From positions 148,300 through 212,299 of the forward strand of contig JAKAAX010000003.1 in the NCBI GenBank assembly GCA_021802125.1: a stretch of DNA of 64,000 nt, in the 5' to 3' direction. The position numbers were made by a program, and so were the translations under genes. The first letter of the stretch is position 1, and the number at the start of each line of letters is the position of its first letter. A model generated the notes under the pieces. That model searched no databases, was not told where the DNA came from, and saw only the letters and a program-made list of their open reading frames with translations. The DNA is from Thermoplasmata archaeon. Its GTDB lineage: Archaea > Thermoplasmatota > Thermoplasmata > Lutacidiplasmatales > UBA184. Positions 17,727 through 26,443 of the stretch are shown here, piece by piece.

Positions 17727-18299
17727 ATGGGTCTATTCGGTGGGGGGGAAGTGGCGAAGCCGTTCGGGTCGAACCTGCTGACCCTGGAACAGGGGGAGGC
17801 CGCTTCGACCGGTCAAGCCCTGCTCGACCTCGCCACAGACTTCTACAGCCCGATCGACCCCGTCCGGAAGGACATGGGCGTCGCCCTCCGCGGCGTGGGC
17901 GAGCGCCTCGCCGGTCTTGACGAGCAGGTGCTCCGCCCCCTCGCGGAAAGGCTCGCGAAGCTCGGGGAAGCCGGGCGGACGCCCGCGGAGATGAAGGGCA
18001 CGGCGGAGCAGGTGCGGCGGCTCGCGCACGACCTGCTGGAGCTCGGGGACCGGCTCGGGGCCCTGGCGACCCAGGGATACGAGCTCGGGCCGGGTCTTCG
18101 CCCGCTGGTCCAGCGCGCGGAGACGCTCAGCCGCCGGATGAACGAGCTTGGCACGCGCGTCGGGGGTGTGAGCGACCGGCTCCTGGCCATGCGGCCGGAG
18201 GAGCTCTCCTTCCTCAGCTCGCTCGCCACGTCCAAGCGCGCCGGGGGCGCCCCCGGCTGGGGCAGCTCTGGGCCGGCCGCCGCGACCCCGAACCGCTGA
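17727..18299 (+). CDS. hypothetical helical/coiled-coil protein
   Basis: 190-aa ORF with GC3-rich codon usage and Leu/Arg/Glu heptad-like stretches. No family recognised. Start uncertain, because taaata sits only 6 nt before ATG 17727. Confidence 0.45.
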   Translation: MGLFGGGEVAKPFGSNLLTLEQGEAASTGQALLDLATDFYSPIDPVRKDMGVALRGVGERLAGLDEQVLRPLAERLAKLGEAGRTPAEMKGTAEQVRRLAHDLLELGDRLGALATQGYELGPGLRPLVQRAETLSRRMNELGTRVGGVSDRLLAMRPEELSFLSSLATSKRAGGAPGWGSSGPAAATPNR

Positions 18300-18362
18300 A
18301 CCGAGCGCGCGCCCAAGAGCCCGCGGTGCGGGGCCGCTTCCCTTCCGATCCGGTGAGGGCGT

Positions 18363-19487
18363 CTAGCGCTTGTCGATCGGAACGTAGGGGCAGTCCGTGG
18401 GCCCCTTGTAGTCGGACGTCGGCCGGATGATGCGGTTGTCGGAGTACTGCTCCAGGACGTGCGCGGTCCAGCCCGAGATGCGGCTGACCGCGAAGACCGG
18501 GGTGAAGAGGTCCAACGGGATGCCCATCGCCTCGTAGCAGGCTCCGGAGAAGAGGTCCACGTTCGGGTAGAGCCCCTTCTCGTGGTGGACCACCTCCTCG
18601 ATCTTGCGGAGGACCTGGAAGCTGGTGGTGTCGCCGCTGTTCTGGGACAGCCGCTTGGCGTACTCCCTGAGGATCGTCGCCCGGGGGTCCTCCACCTTGT
18701 AGACGCGGTGGCCGAACCCCATGACCTTCTCGTGCTTGGTGAGCTTCTGGGTCACGAAGGCTTCGGCCTGGTCCACGCTCCTGACCTCGTGGACCATCCG
18801 CATGACCTCCTCGTTCGCCCCGCCGTGGAGGGGGCCCTTGAGGGTCCCGACGGCGCTCGTGACCGCGGAGTAGAGGTCGGAGAGGGTGCTCGCGGTCACC
18901 CGGGCGGAGAAGGTCGAGGCGTTGAACTCGTGGTCCGCGTGCAGGATGAGCGCCACGTCGAGCGCCTTCACCAAGCTCGGGTCCGGCTCCTTGCCGGTCA
19001 GCATGTAGAGGAAGTTGGCCGCGTGGTCCAGGTCCGCCCGGGGGGCGATGGGCCGCCCACCCTCACGGAGCCGGTGGAAGGCGGTGATGATGGTCGGGAG
19101 CACCGCGGTGAGGCGAAGCGCGCCGCCGATCGAGCTCTCCGGCCGCTTCAGGTCGTCCGGCTCGAAGGAGGAGAGCGCCGAGACCCCCGTCCGAAGGACC
19201 TCCATCGGGGAGGTCTTGGGAGGGATGGCCTCCAGGAGCTTCTCCAGCCCGTCCGGGATGTCCCGGCGTCCCGCGAGCTTCGTCCGAAGCTGGTCGAGCT
19301 CGTCCTTCTTTGGAAGGCGGCCGTACCACAGCAGGTAGCAGGTCTCCTCGAAATTCGAGAACCGGGCCAGGTCGCGGATGTCGTACCCACGATAGAGAAG
19401 TCGACCCCCCCGCCCGTCGATGAACGTGATGGAGGAGGAGGCGACCACGACGTCCTCAAGTCCTCGGGTCACGGGTGGGCTCTGCAT
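18363..19487 (-). CDS. gltA: citrate synthase
   Basis: 374-aa ORF. Motifs GPLHGGANEEV, GFGHRVYKVEDPR and the C-terminal SRISGW catalytic region. Confidence 0.95.
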   Translation of the reverse strand: MQSPPVTRGLEDVVVASSSITFIDGRGGRLLYRGYDIRDLARFSNFEETCYLLWYGRLPKKDELDQLRTKLAGRRDIPDGLEKLLEAIPPKTSPMEVLRTGVSALSSFEPDDLKRPESSIGGALRLTAVLPTIITAFHRLREGGRPIAPRADLDHAANFLYMLTGKEPDPSLVKALDVALILHADHEFNASTFSARVTASTLSDLYSAVTSAVGTLKGPLHGGANEEVMRMVHEVRSVDQAEAFVTQKLTKHEKVMGFGHRVYKVEDPRATILREYAKRLSQNSGDTTSFQVLRKIEEVVHHEKGLYPNVDLFSGACYEAMGIPLDLFTPVFAVSRISGWTAHVLEQYSDNRIIRPTSDYKGPTDCPYVPIDKR

Positions 19488-19511
19488 CGCGCCTTGCCAT
19501 CCGCTGCCGGA

Positions 19512-20885
19512 TTATCCCCTTTGGGGTGCCCCGGTTCGGGTGAGCTGAAGGGCGGTCCGGCGCTGGAAGGAACGGACCGCCAGGAGCCAGGCGGGGACCG
19601 CCACCGCCACGAGGGCCGCGGAGAGGGCGAAGGTCACGTCGTAGCCCAGCTCGTGGCTCGCCACACCCGACGCGGCCGCCCCCAGCACGGCCGCGAGCCC
19701 CCCCAGGGCGCTGTTCGCCCCCAGGAGGCTCCCGGCGCTCCGCCCCTCCAGGGAGCGGAAGAGGAGCAGCGAGGAGGAGGTGCTGTAGAAGGCGTAGGTG
19801 ACCCCGATGATCCCGTAGGCCAGGATGTTGATCCCGAGCACCGCGTTGCGATCGAAGAGCGCGGCCGGCAGGAGCGCGAGGCCGAAGACGCTCGCATAGC
19901 TCACGACCCGGCCCCAGGACGCGAGCTGGACGACGGAGGGGGACTTCCCTCCTTCGCAGGCGCGTCCCGTGAAGGGGAGGACCAGCGCCTGGGCCGCGCT
20001 GTTGGACAGGTTCACCAGGAAGATCCCGGAGGCCGCCACGCTCACCGAGACCATGTAGGGGGCGTAGGAGGTGTTGAAGATCGAACTGCCCAGCCCGAAG
20101 AAGAACCCGGCCGCGAGCATCAGCGGGACCTCGTGGGTCGCCTCCTCCTCGAGCCACCGGACGATCCGACGGAAGGACCCCAAGGTCGGGAGCTTCGGGA
20201 AGAAGGGGAAGTAGAGCCTCAGACGCGCGTCCAGGCTCTCGGGGTGCCGGGCGAGCGTGGCGCGCGTCGCACGCGGATGGTGCACCGGCGGGTCGCGGAT
20301 GAAGAGGGCGACGCCCACCGCGCTGGTCAGGGCTGCGGCGGTGCTGATGTAGAGGATGTCGATGAGCCCCTCGCCGGCGGGGGAGCTCACGAGCCAGACG
20401 AACCCCAGGAGCACGCCTAGGACGTTCCCGATCATCGAGAGCTCGCTGAAGGAGGCGTAGGCGCTCGGGCGCTCCTCCGGGGAGAACCGCTCGAGGATCA
20501 GCAGGTTCGAGGCGGCTGCGCTGGAGGGAGCGACGAAGCCGAAGGCCATGTAGGCCGCCAGCAGCGTCGGGAGCGAGGGACGCGCCGCCAAGACGAGGAA
20601 CAGCACCGCGAACGACACGTAGTTGAGGAGGAGCAGGGGGGAGCGGACCCCCAGTCGGTCGCAGACGAACCCCCAGATGAGGGAGGCCGGGATGACCGCG
20701 AAATTGTAGAGCGTGCTGGCGAGCGCGACCTCGAGGATGTTGCCGTGGAAAGTGAAGAGGATCAGCAGTGGCAGCGCGACCGAGAAGCTCGAGGCGGCGG
20801 CGTTCACCGGGAGGAAGACCAGGAGCCACGGCCGTGCGACGATCCCTCCGGCCAGCCCCGGTCGCCCGGCCGCGCGCTCTGACAC
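19512..20885 (-). CDS. MFS transporter
   Basis: 457-aa ORF with about 12 hydrophobic helices. Its stop lies 24 nt upstream of the citrate synthase start on the same strand. Confidence 0.85.
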   Translation of the reverse strand: MSERAAGRPGLAGGIVARPWLLVFLPVNAAASSFSVALPLLILFTFHGNILEVALASTLYNFAVIPASLIWGFVCDRLGVRSPLLLLNYVSFAVLFLVLAARPSLPTLLAAYMAFGFVAPSSAAASNLLILERFSPEERPSAYASFSELSMIGNVLGVLLGFVWLVSSPAGEGLIDILYISTAAALTSAVGVALFIRDPPVHHPRATRATLARHPESLDARLRLYFPFFPKLPTLGSFRRIVRWLEEEATHEVPLMLAAGFFFGLGSSIFNTSYAPYMVSVSVAASGIFLVNLSNSAAQALVLPFTGRACEGGKSPSVVQLASWGRVVSYASVFGLALLPAALFDRNAVLGINILAYGIIGVTYAFYSTSSSLLLFRSLEGRSAGSLLGANSALGGLAAVLGAAASGVASHELGYDVTFALSAALVAVAVPAWLLAVRSFQRRTALQLTRTGAPQRG

Positions 20886-21066
20886 CGCGTTTGAGGAGTA
20901 CCTTCACGGGATAAGCATCGGGTTCGACACGCACCCCGGGGCGCGGAGCGGGTTCCAGGTAGCTCGGGCCGCCCCCCCGCCCCCCTGGTGGCTGGCAAGG
21001 GAGGTCGATCGCAGCGCGTGGATGTCGTCTCGGCCAGAGGGACGGGGTCTCGTTTTTGGCGGTTGC

Positions 21067-21073
21067 TTTATAA
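21067..21073 (+). promoter_or_regulatory. strong TATA box (tttataa), leaderless promoter of 21099 gene
   Basis: tttataa is centred about 29 nt upstream of in-frame GTG 21099. Confidence 0.5.
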
Positions 21074-21098
21074 GCCGAAACACTTTGGGCGCGTCCAG

Positions 21099-21341
21099 GT
21101 GCGCAATTTGGCCATCGGGTTCGTCCTGATCAGCACGGCCCCCGCGAAGGAGCACGAGGTTTACTCCGAGCTACTTCGAGTGAAAGAGATCGTCGAGCTC
21201 CACCCTCTCTTCGGGGAGTACGACCTCATCGCGAAGGTCGAGGCGGAGGATTTCAACGCGCTCGGCCAGGTGGTCGTCGACAAGATCCGCTCCGTTCCTG
21301 GCGTCATCGACACCAAGACCCTGACCGGAATCAAATTCTGA
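21099..21341 (+). CDS. stand-alone Lrp/AsnC ligand-binding (RAM) domain protein, no HTH
   Basis: About 80 codons within ORF 20988..21341. AsnC_trans_reg-type sequence FVLISTAPAKEHEVYSELLRVKEIVELHPLFGEYDLIAKVEAEDFNALGQVVVDKIRSVPGVIDTKT. TTG 21108 is an alternative start. Confidence 0.7.
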   Translation: MRNLAIGFVLISTAPAKEHEVYSELLRVKEIVELHPLFGEYDLIAKVEAEDFNALGQVVVDKIRSVPGVIDTKTLTGIKF

Positions 21342-21354
21342 GGAGGACACAACG

Positions 21355-21654
21355 ATGGGGCTAACTTTCGACGCGCTTCAGTTCCTGGAGATCTTCGGCC
21401 TCCTCTTCGGGCTCTTCCTGCTCCTCTCCGGCCTGTTCACCGCCTACTTCGGTAGCGGCAAGAGCCGGAAGATCGGGATCGGCCTGGTCGTCGGCGGCAT
21501 CGTCGTCGGCGTCCTGATGGTCCTTCTCTACCACACCTACCGCTCGGGAGAGTTCGTGGACCTGCTCTGGAGCACCTTCCTGGTGCTGCTGGCGAGCGTC
21601 CTCGGCGCCCTGGCTGCGATCGGGCTTTTCCTGGTCGCCATCATGAAGTCGTAG
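21355..21654 (+). CDS. small membrane protein (3 TM)
   Basis: 99-aa ORF with three hydrophobic helices, 13 nt downstream of the RAM-domain gene. Confidence 0.5.
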   Translation: MGLTFDALQFLEIFGLLFGLFLLLSGLFTAYFGSGKSRKIGIGLVVGGIVVGVLMVLLYHTYRSGEFVDLLWSTFLVLLASVLGALAAIGLFLVAIMKS

Positions 21655-21739
21655 GGCTCCCGAGGATGGGGGACCCGCGATCCAGGGTTCCTCGCTTCGC
21701 CTGGTCCCAAGGGTGGGCGGTCCCGCGCCGGAGCTGAGG

Positions 21740-22723
21740 ATGCCCGAGAAACGCGCGGCGGTCGAAGCCCCCCCGCTCCCGAAGGGGTTGATTCAGGGAG
21801 GCGACCCCCCTCCCCCGCCGTCGAAGGGGAAGGGGACGGCGACCCCTCCTTCCGTGTCCCCGCACGACCATCCCCACACCCATCCCGAGCTTGCCTCCCA
21901 GGGATCGCCCGCCACCCCGATCATCACGCTCACCACGGACATCGGCTGGGCCTACGCGGCGCAAATGAAGGGGGTCCTACTGCGGGGCTCTCCCTCCGCG
22001 AGGATCGTGGACATCACGCACACGGTCTCCAACCACAGCGTCCTGGAGGGGGCCTTCCTCCTCCGCTACAGCGCAGCGCAGTTCCCTCCCGGCTCCATCC
22101 ACGTCTGCGTGGTCGACCCGGGGGTCGGAAGCGCCCGGAAGGCGCTCATCGTACGGAGCCGGGACGGCTCCCTGATGGTCGGTCCGGACAACGGGGTGCT
22201 GATGCCGCTCGCCCGGTATCTGGGCGACCCTGAGGCCTTCCAGATCCAGCGAGAGAAGGTCGTCGGGAGGGGGGCCGTAAGCGCGACCTTCGAGGGACGT
22301 GACCTTTTCGCGCCGACCGCAGCCCTCCTATCGATGGGACATTCCCCAGAAGAGCTGGGGACCCCCACGAAGCCCCTCTCCTTCCAGCTTCCTCAACCCC
22401 ACATCGGTCCGGGGTCGGCCGAGGTCTCGGTGCTCCACATCGACACCTTCGGGAACGTCATCACGAACCTGCCCTTCGACGAGTTCGTCGATAAGATCGG
22501 GCCCTTCGGGACCCACGCGCTGGTCCAGGAGGGGGCGCGCCAGCTGAGGGCCACCGTGGCCCGAACCTACAGCGATCTTGAGGAAGGCTGCCTCGGGATC
22601 CTGGGGTCGAGCTTCGGTCTCGCCGAGATCGCGATCGGGCATGGGAGGGCGGACCAGGTCCTGTCGATCCGGCTCGGGGCCCGGATGCACCTCAAGCCCT
22701 CAGAGCAGGACTGGAGGGAGTGA
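21740..22723 (+). CDS. SAM hydroxide adenosyltransferase / SAM hydrolase family (DUF62, chlorinase-fluorinase fold)
   Basis: Motifs ITLTTDIG, VVDPGVGS, VGPDNGVL, FEGRDLFAPTAALL and HIDTFGNVITN. Start uncertain (GTG 21713, ATG 21740 or TTG 21890). The Pro/His-rich N-extension is unusual. Confidence 0.8.
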   Translation: MPEKRAAVEAPPLPKGLIQGGDPPPPPSKGKGTATPPSVSPHDHPHTHPELASQGSPATPIITLTTDIGWAYAAQMKGVLLRGSPSARIVDITHTVSNHSVLEGAFLLRYSAAQFPPGSIHVCVVDPGVGSARKALIVRSRDGSLMVGPDNGVLMPLARYLGDPEAFQIQREKVVGRGAVSATFEGRDLFAPTAALLSMGHSPEELGTPTKPLSFQLPQPHIGPGSAEVSVLHIDTFGNVITNLPFDEFVDKIGPFGTHALVQEGARQLRATVARTYSDLEEGCLGILGSSFGLAEIAIGHGRADQVLSIRLGARMHLKPSEQDWRE

Positions 22724-23157
22724 GGCCCACGACGCCCGACGCGAACCCCCCGGTCGAGGTGGGCAGCACGTTCACCGTCGAGCGGTCCTTCTCGGTCGAG
22801 GACGTGACCGAGTTCGTTCGCATCTCAGGCGACTCCGGTCGCCAGCACATACGCCCCGACCCCCAAGGTCGCCTCATGGTCCACGGGCTGCTCGTCGCCA
22901 CGCTCCCGACGCAGGTCGGAGGGGCCTGGCACTTCCTGGCCCGGGAGATCACCTACGAGTTCCTCCGCCCCGTCTGGACCGGGGAGGTGGTCCGTTGCGT
23001 GGTGACGCTGACCGCGCTGGAGCCGGGCAACCGCGGCCTCTACCTCCGCTCGACGTTCGAGTGCGTCAATCCCGCGGGAGAGGTCGTGATGAAGGGGACG
23101 GCCCGAGGGCTCGTTCCCGGGGCCCCGCCCTCCCCAGGCGGTCAGGGACAGGGCTAG
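22720..23157 (+). CDS. MaoC-like hotdog-fold dehydratase
   Basis: 145-aa ORF. SGDSGRQHIRPD (compare GDxNPxHxD) and hotdog-like beta pattern. Overlaps the upstream stop by 4 nt. Confidence 0.75.
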   Translation: MRPTTPDANPPVEVGSTFTVERSFSVEDVTEFVRISGDSGRQHIRPDPQGRLMVHGLLVATLPTQVGGAWHFLAREITYEFLRPVWTGEVVRCVVTLTALEPGNRGLYLRSTFECVNPAGEVVMKGTARGLVPGAPPSPGGQGQG

Positions 23158-23200
23158 CGCTATTCGGAGCGCGCCCTCCGCATGGGAGGGAGCGAAGACG

Positions 23201-23713
23201 ATGTCCGATGTGGAATTCTACCAGAGGCTGTACGGTTACAACCGCCAGGTGATCGAGAACTTCCTTCGAAAGCTCGAGCGCATGCCGCTCAAGGAGGCGA
23301 CTCGCAACCGCGGGATCGGCCATCTCTCCCTCACGAGGACGCTGATCCACGTCATCCGGGTGCACGACGCTTGGCTCAACTATCTGGCCGCCGGGGACGT
23401 CGAGGGGCTGAGGGCGAGCCACAAGAGCTTCCTCAAGCTCCGGACACCGAGCGAGGCCCGACGGTACTTCCGAGAGACGTGGAAAGGGGTCGACGCGCGG
23501 ATCAAGAAGCTCACGCCCAAAGAGCTCCGTCGCAGCGCGAGCGCTCCCTGGATGCCGGGTCGTTACACGCAAGCCGATGTCCTGCTCCAGTGCAGCTTCG
23601 AGCAGGCTCACCACCTGGGGGAGGTCATCGGCGCGATGTGGCAGAAGGACCTCGTCCCGCCGCAGATGATGTGGATACCGGTCGTGACGGGGAAGCGCGT
23701 GCCCGTCGCGTGA
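23201..23713 (+). CDS. DinB/YfiT-like four-helix-bundle protein
   Basis: 170-aa ORF. His-containing helices LIHVIRVHDAWL and EQAHHLGEVIG, typical of the DinB superfamily. Confidence 0.55.
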   Translation: MSDVEFYQRLYGYNRQVIENFLRKLERMPLKEATRNRGIGHLSLTRTLIHVIRVHDAWLNYLAAGDVEGLRASHKSFLKLRTPSEARRYFRETWKGVDARIKKLTPKELRRSASAPWMPGRYTQADVLLQCSFEQAHHLGEVIGAMWQKDLVPPQMMWIPVVTGKRVPVA

Positions 23714-23758
23714 GCCCCTTCTGGGGTGTCCTCTCACCGGGAGCCGAAGGGCCCACGG

Positions 23759-25771
23759 TCAGAGGGGTTCGCCGGGGACCTCGAACCCGCGAAGCTCCAG
23801 AGCATACCCCCAGGCCCAGACGACCCAGCGGGCTTCCTCGGCCTGAAGGCCTCGCTTGGTCTCGAGGAGGCTCGCGAGGGCGGAGGCGTGGTCCGCGCCG
23901 CTCGAACTGCCGGGGAGCTCGGCGGCGGCGTCGAGCCGCTGCGGGACCTGCTCCTCCAGCCCCACCGTGAGGGCGTCGATCGTGACCCTGTCCCCGGGAC
24001 AGAGCCCAAGCATCAGCAGCCGGAACTTCGCGGGGTCCTCGAGGAGCCCGTTCCCCTCCTTCGTGCAGAGCGACTGCAGCGCTTCGGCGACCTCCAGGTC
24101 TCCGAAGGGTCCCGCGGGTTCCTCCTCGGCGAGACGCACGGCCACGCTCACGGGAGGGAGTTCCATCCCCGAAGGCGCCAGGGAGCTGGGGGCCGGGGTG
24201 GGTCGGCTGGTGGCGGTCCGTGGCAGCCCGGGACCTTGGGAGCGCCCGGAGGGATGCCAGCCACCTCCGCGCCGAGCGCACTCCTCCCTCGTGAGCCGCT
24301 GCCCTCCCACCACCACGGTGTCGGAGTCCCCGAGGACCGCGGCCAGGTCGGCCCATGCGTCCTCCGCTGTCCCGTCAAGCTCGAGCCCTTGGACGAGGCA
24401 GTCGACGCGCGTGTAGCGCCGGTCGCCGAACCTCAGGAGCTCCTCGGGCCGAAGGATCGCGGCTGCGGTGATCCAGGCATGCGGGAGGCGGGAGTCGAGC
24501 GTCAGGGCCTTCTGCACGCACTTGACCCCGGAGAAGGACGTCCCCCCGACCTCGGCGACCTCGTCAGGGCCGAGCGCCTCGGCCAGGTTGGACCAGGCCG
24601 TGGGAAGGCTCGCGTCGATCGCGAGGGCCCTCAGGAAGCAGGTCCGACGGTCGACCTTCTCTCCGGCGACCTCGACGTGGCCGTCCTCGGCCTCCATCGA
24701 TGCCCCGAGGTCCGTCCAGTAGAGCGCGTCGTTGGGGTCGAGCGTGACCGCCTTGCGGTAGCAGGCGAGCCGGTCGACCTCCTCCTCGTCGACCATGATC
24801 TTCCCCTCGGCTCCGAGCACCTCTCCTAGCGCTCCCCAGGCGTCGGGGCTGGTCCGGTCCAACTCGAGAGCTCTCAGAAGGCAGTCTCGTCGCGTGAGCG
24901 GGTTCCCTCCCACCTCGGCACGGTCCGCCTCCCCGAGCTCGAGTCCCAGCAGAAGCCAGGCCGCCGGGGTCCGCTCGTCGACGGCGAGAGCGCGGCGGTA
25001 GCAATCGATGGAGGAGACCTCGGAGCCGCCCACCTTCGCGCGCTCTCCCGGGCCGAGGGCTTCCCCGAGGTTCATCCAGGCGGGGAGGAGGTCGGGGGCG
25101 AGCTCCAGGGCCCGAACGTAGCAAGCTCGTTCGTCGACCTCCTGCCCGGCCACTGTGACCCCGGTCGCGCCTCCGAGCGCGGCCCCGAGGTTCACCCAGC
25201 CCTCGGCCATGCGAGGGTCCAGTCCCAGCGCGCGACGGTAGCACTCCACCTTTGAGACCTCTTCCCCGCCGATCAGAGCGGTCCCCCCGGGTTCGAGCGC
25301 GTCGCCCCTGTCGAGCCATCCCGTCGCGGTACCCGGGAGGTCGGCCAAGGTTGGGCTTGGCGGGGAGCTCCGGGTCGGAGAGAGGGGAGTGCGGGGAGTG
25401 AGGGGAGCGAGAGGAGCGAGAGGTGCGCGGGGGGCGGACGCTGGCGGTTTGGGGGCCCCTGACCCGACCGCGGGTCCGTCCGGACGCAACACGCTCGCCC
25501 AGCTCCGCACGACGAGGTCGGCCATCGGTGCCGCGATGCCCCGTTCCGTGACGAGCCGCGAGGTCAGCCCTGGAGGGATCCGTCCGTCGGGGGTCCCGGC
25601 AAGAAGCTGAGGGATCTCGAGCTCGAGGGCGGCGACCACGGCCTCGATCTCTCCCGCTTCCTCCGGACAGATCTTGAGCAGGTGCTCACGACAGCCTTTC
25701 GGGTCGTTCAACAGAGATGGACCGAGCTGGCGGTAGAGGAGCTTCAGCGCGAACGGGACCACGTCGGCCAT
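23759..25771 (-). CDS. TPR-like repeat protein with duplicated N- and C-terminal helical modules
   Basis: 670-aa ORF. About nine ~40-aa units of the form CYRRAL.LDP....AW.NLG.AL + G...V.V.G..V. Both termini carry related modules (LLNDPKGCREHLLKICPEEAGEIEAVVAALE..IPQLL versus LLEDPAKFRLLMLGLCPGDRVTIDALTVGLEEQVPQRL). Confidence 0.75.
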   Translation of the reverse strand: MADVVPFALKLLYRQLGPSLLNDPKGCREHLLKICPEEAGEIEAVVAALELEIPQLLAGTPDGRIPPGLTSRLVTERGIAAPMADLVVRSWASVLRPDGPAVGSGAPKPPASAPRAPLAPLAPLTPRTPLSPTRSSPPSPTLADLPGTATGWLDRGDALEPGGTALIGGEEVSKVECYRRALGLDPRMAEGWVNLGAALGGATGVTVAGQEVDERACYVRALELAPDLLPAWMNLGEALGPGERAKVGGSEVSSIDCYRRALAVDERTPAAWLLLGLELGEADRAEVGGNPLTRRDCLLRALELDRTSPDAWGALGEVLGAEGKIMVDEEEVDRLACYRKAVTLDPNDALYWTDLGASMEAEDGHVEVAGEKVDRRTCFLRALAIDASLPTAWSNLAEALGPDEVAEVGGTSFSGVKCVQKALTLDSRLPHAWITAAAILRPEELLRFGDRRYTRVDCLVQGLELDGTAEDAWADLAAVLGDSDTVVVGGQRLTREECARRGGGWHPSGRSQGPGLPRTATSRPTPAPSSLAPSGMELPPVSVAVRLAEEEPAGPFGDLEVAEALQSLCTKEGNGLLEDPAKFRLLMLGLCPGDRVTIDALTVGLEEQVPQRLDAAAELPGSSSGADHASALASLLETKRGLQAEEARWVVWAWGYALELRGFEVPGEPL

Positions 25772-25784
25772 CGCGCCTCCCGCG

Positions 25785-26399
25785 TCAGTCGGGCTTCGGC
25801 ACGCGGATCGGGTCCGCGGCCCATCCCTCGAGGAGCACCGCCTCGCGCTTCAGCATGTCGAGGGTCTCCTTCTCCTGCTCCACGGCGCTCGCGTGCTCCG
25901 CGCCCATCTTGCGTACGTCGATGGCGTCGATGCGGTGGTAGAGCCACTCGAACTCGTGGAAGACGAGCGGGTCCTTGAGCGAGGTCCGGAGCTGCGCGAG
26001 CAGGTCCACCGGACGTCGGATCGCGAGGTAGTAGACCGTGGTCCAGGTCCCGAAGGCCTCCCAGACGAGCTCCTCGTCCAGGAGCTTCCGGTGCGTGAGG
26101 GCACCGACGAGTTCGAGGAAGGTGAGCACTTCCATGCTGGTGATGTCCTCGTGGGCCCCCGCGATCAGTTTCTGAGAGAGATGCCGCCTCGCCGCCCGCA
26201 TCCGGTCCGAGTCGAAGCGCTCCCGGAGGGTCATCACCGAGTTCGCCGAGTGAAGGACCTGGTTCTGCCGCATCTGCCAGTACATCAGAGCTAGAGTCCC
26301 GATCACGAGCGACCAGGTGCCCAGGAGACCGAGCAACGTGAGGGTCAGCGGGTCCAACGTCACTTCCACGACCTCGGCGGGCGGTCCTATCCCACCCAC
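25785..26399 (-). CDS. N-terminally membrane-anchored helical protein (possibly DUF4760-like)
   Basis: 204-aa ORF with one TM helix (LTLLGLLGTWSLVIGTLALMYW) followed by a helical domain. Stop lies 13 nt before the TPR gene start, so they probably form an operon. The family call is from memory only. Confidence 0.5.
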   Translation of the reverse strand: MGGIGPPAEVVEVTLDPLTLTLLGLLGTWSLVIGTLALMYWQMRQNQVLHSANSVMTLRERFDSDRMRAARRHLSQKLIAGAHEDITSMEVLTFLELVGALTHRKLLDEELVWEAFGTWTTVYYLAIRRPVDLLAQLRTSLKDPLVFHEFEWLYHRIDAIDVRKMGAEHASAVEQEKETLDMLKREAVLLEGWAADPIRVPKPD

Positions 26400-26443
26400 C
26401 TACATCATTACATTGCATCGGCTGCGCGTGGGAGGGGAGGGCC

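Noticed and set aside
18459-20420. 653-aa ORF antisense to citrate synthase and the MFS gene.
   Set aside because: Shadow ORF with low-complexity Arg/Gly/Glu/Asp content and no motifs.
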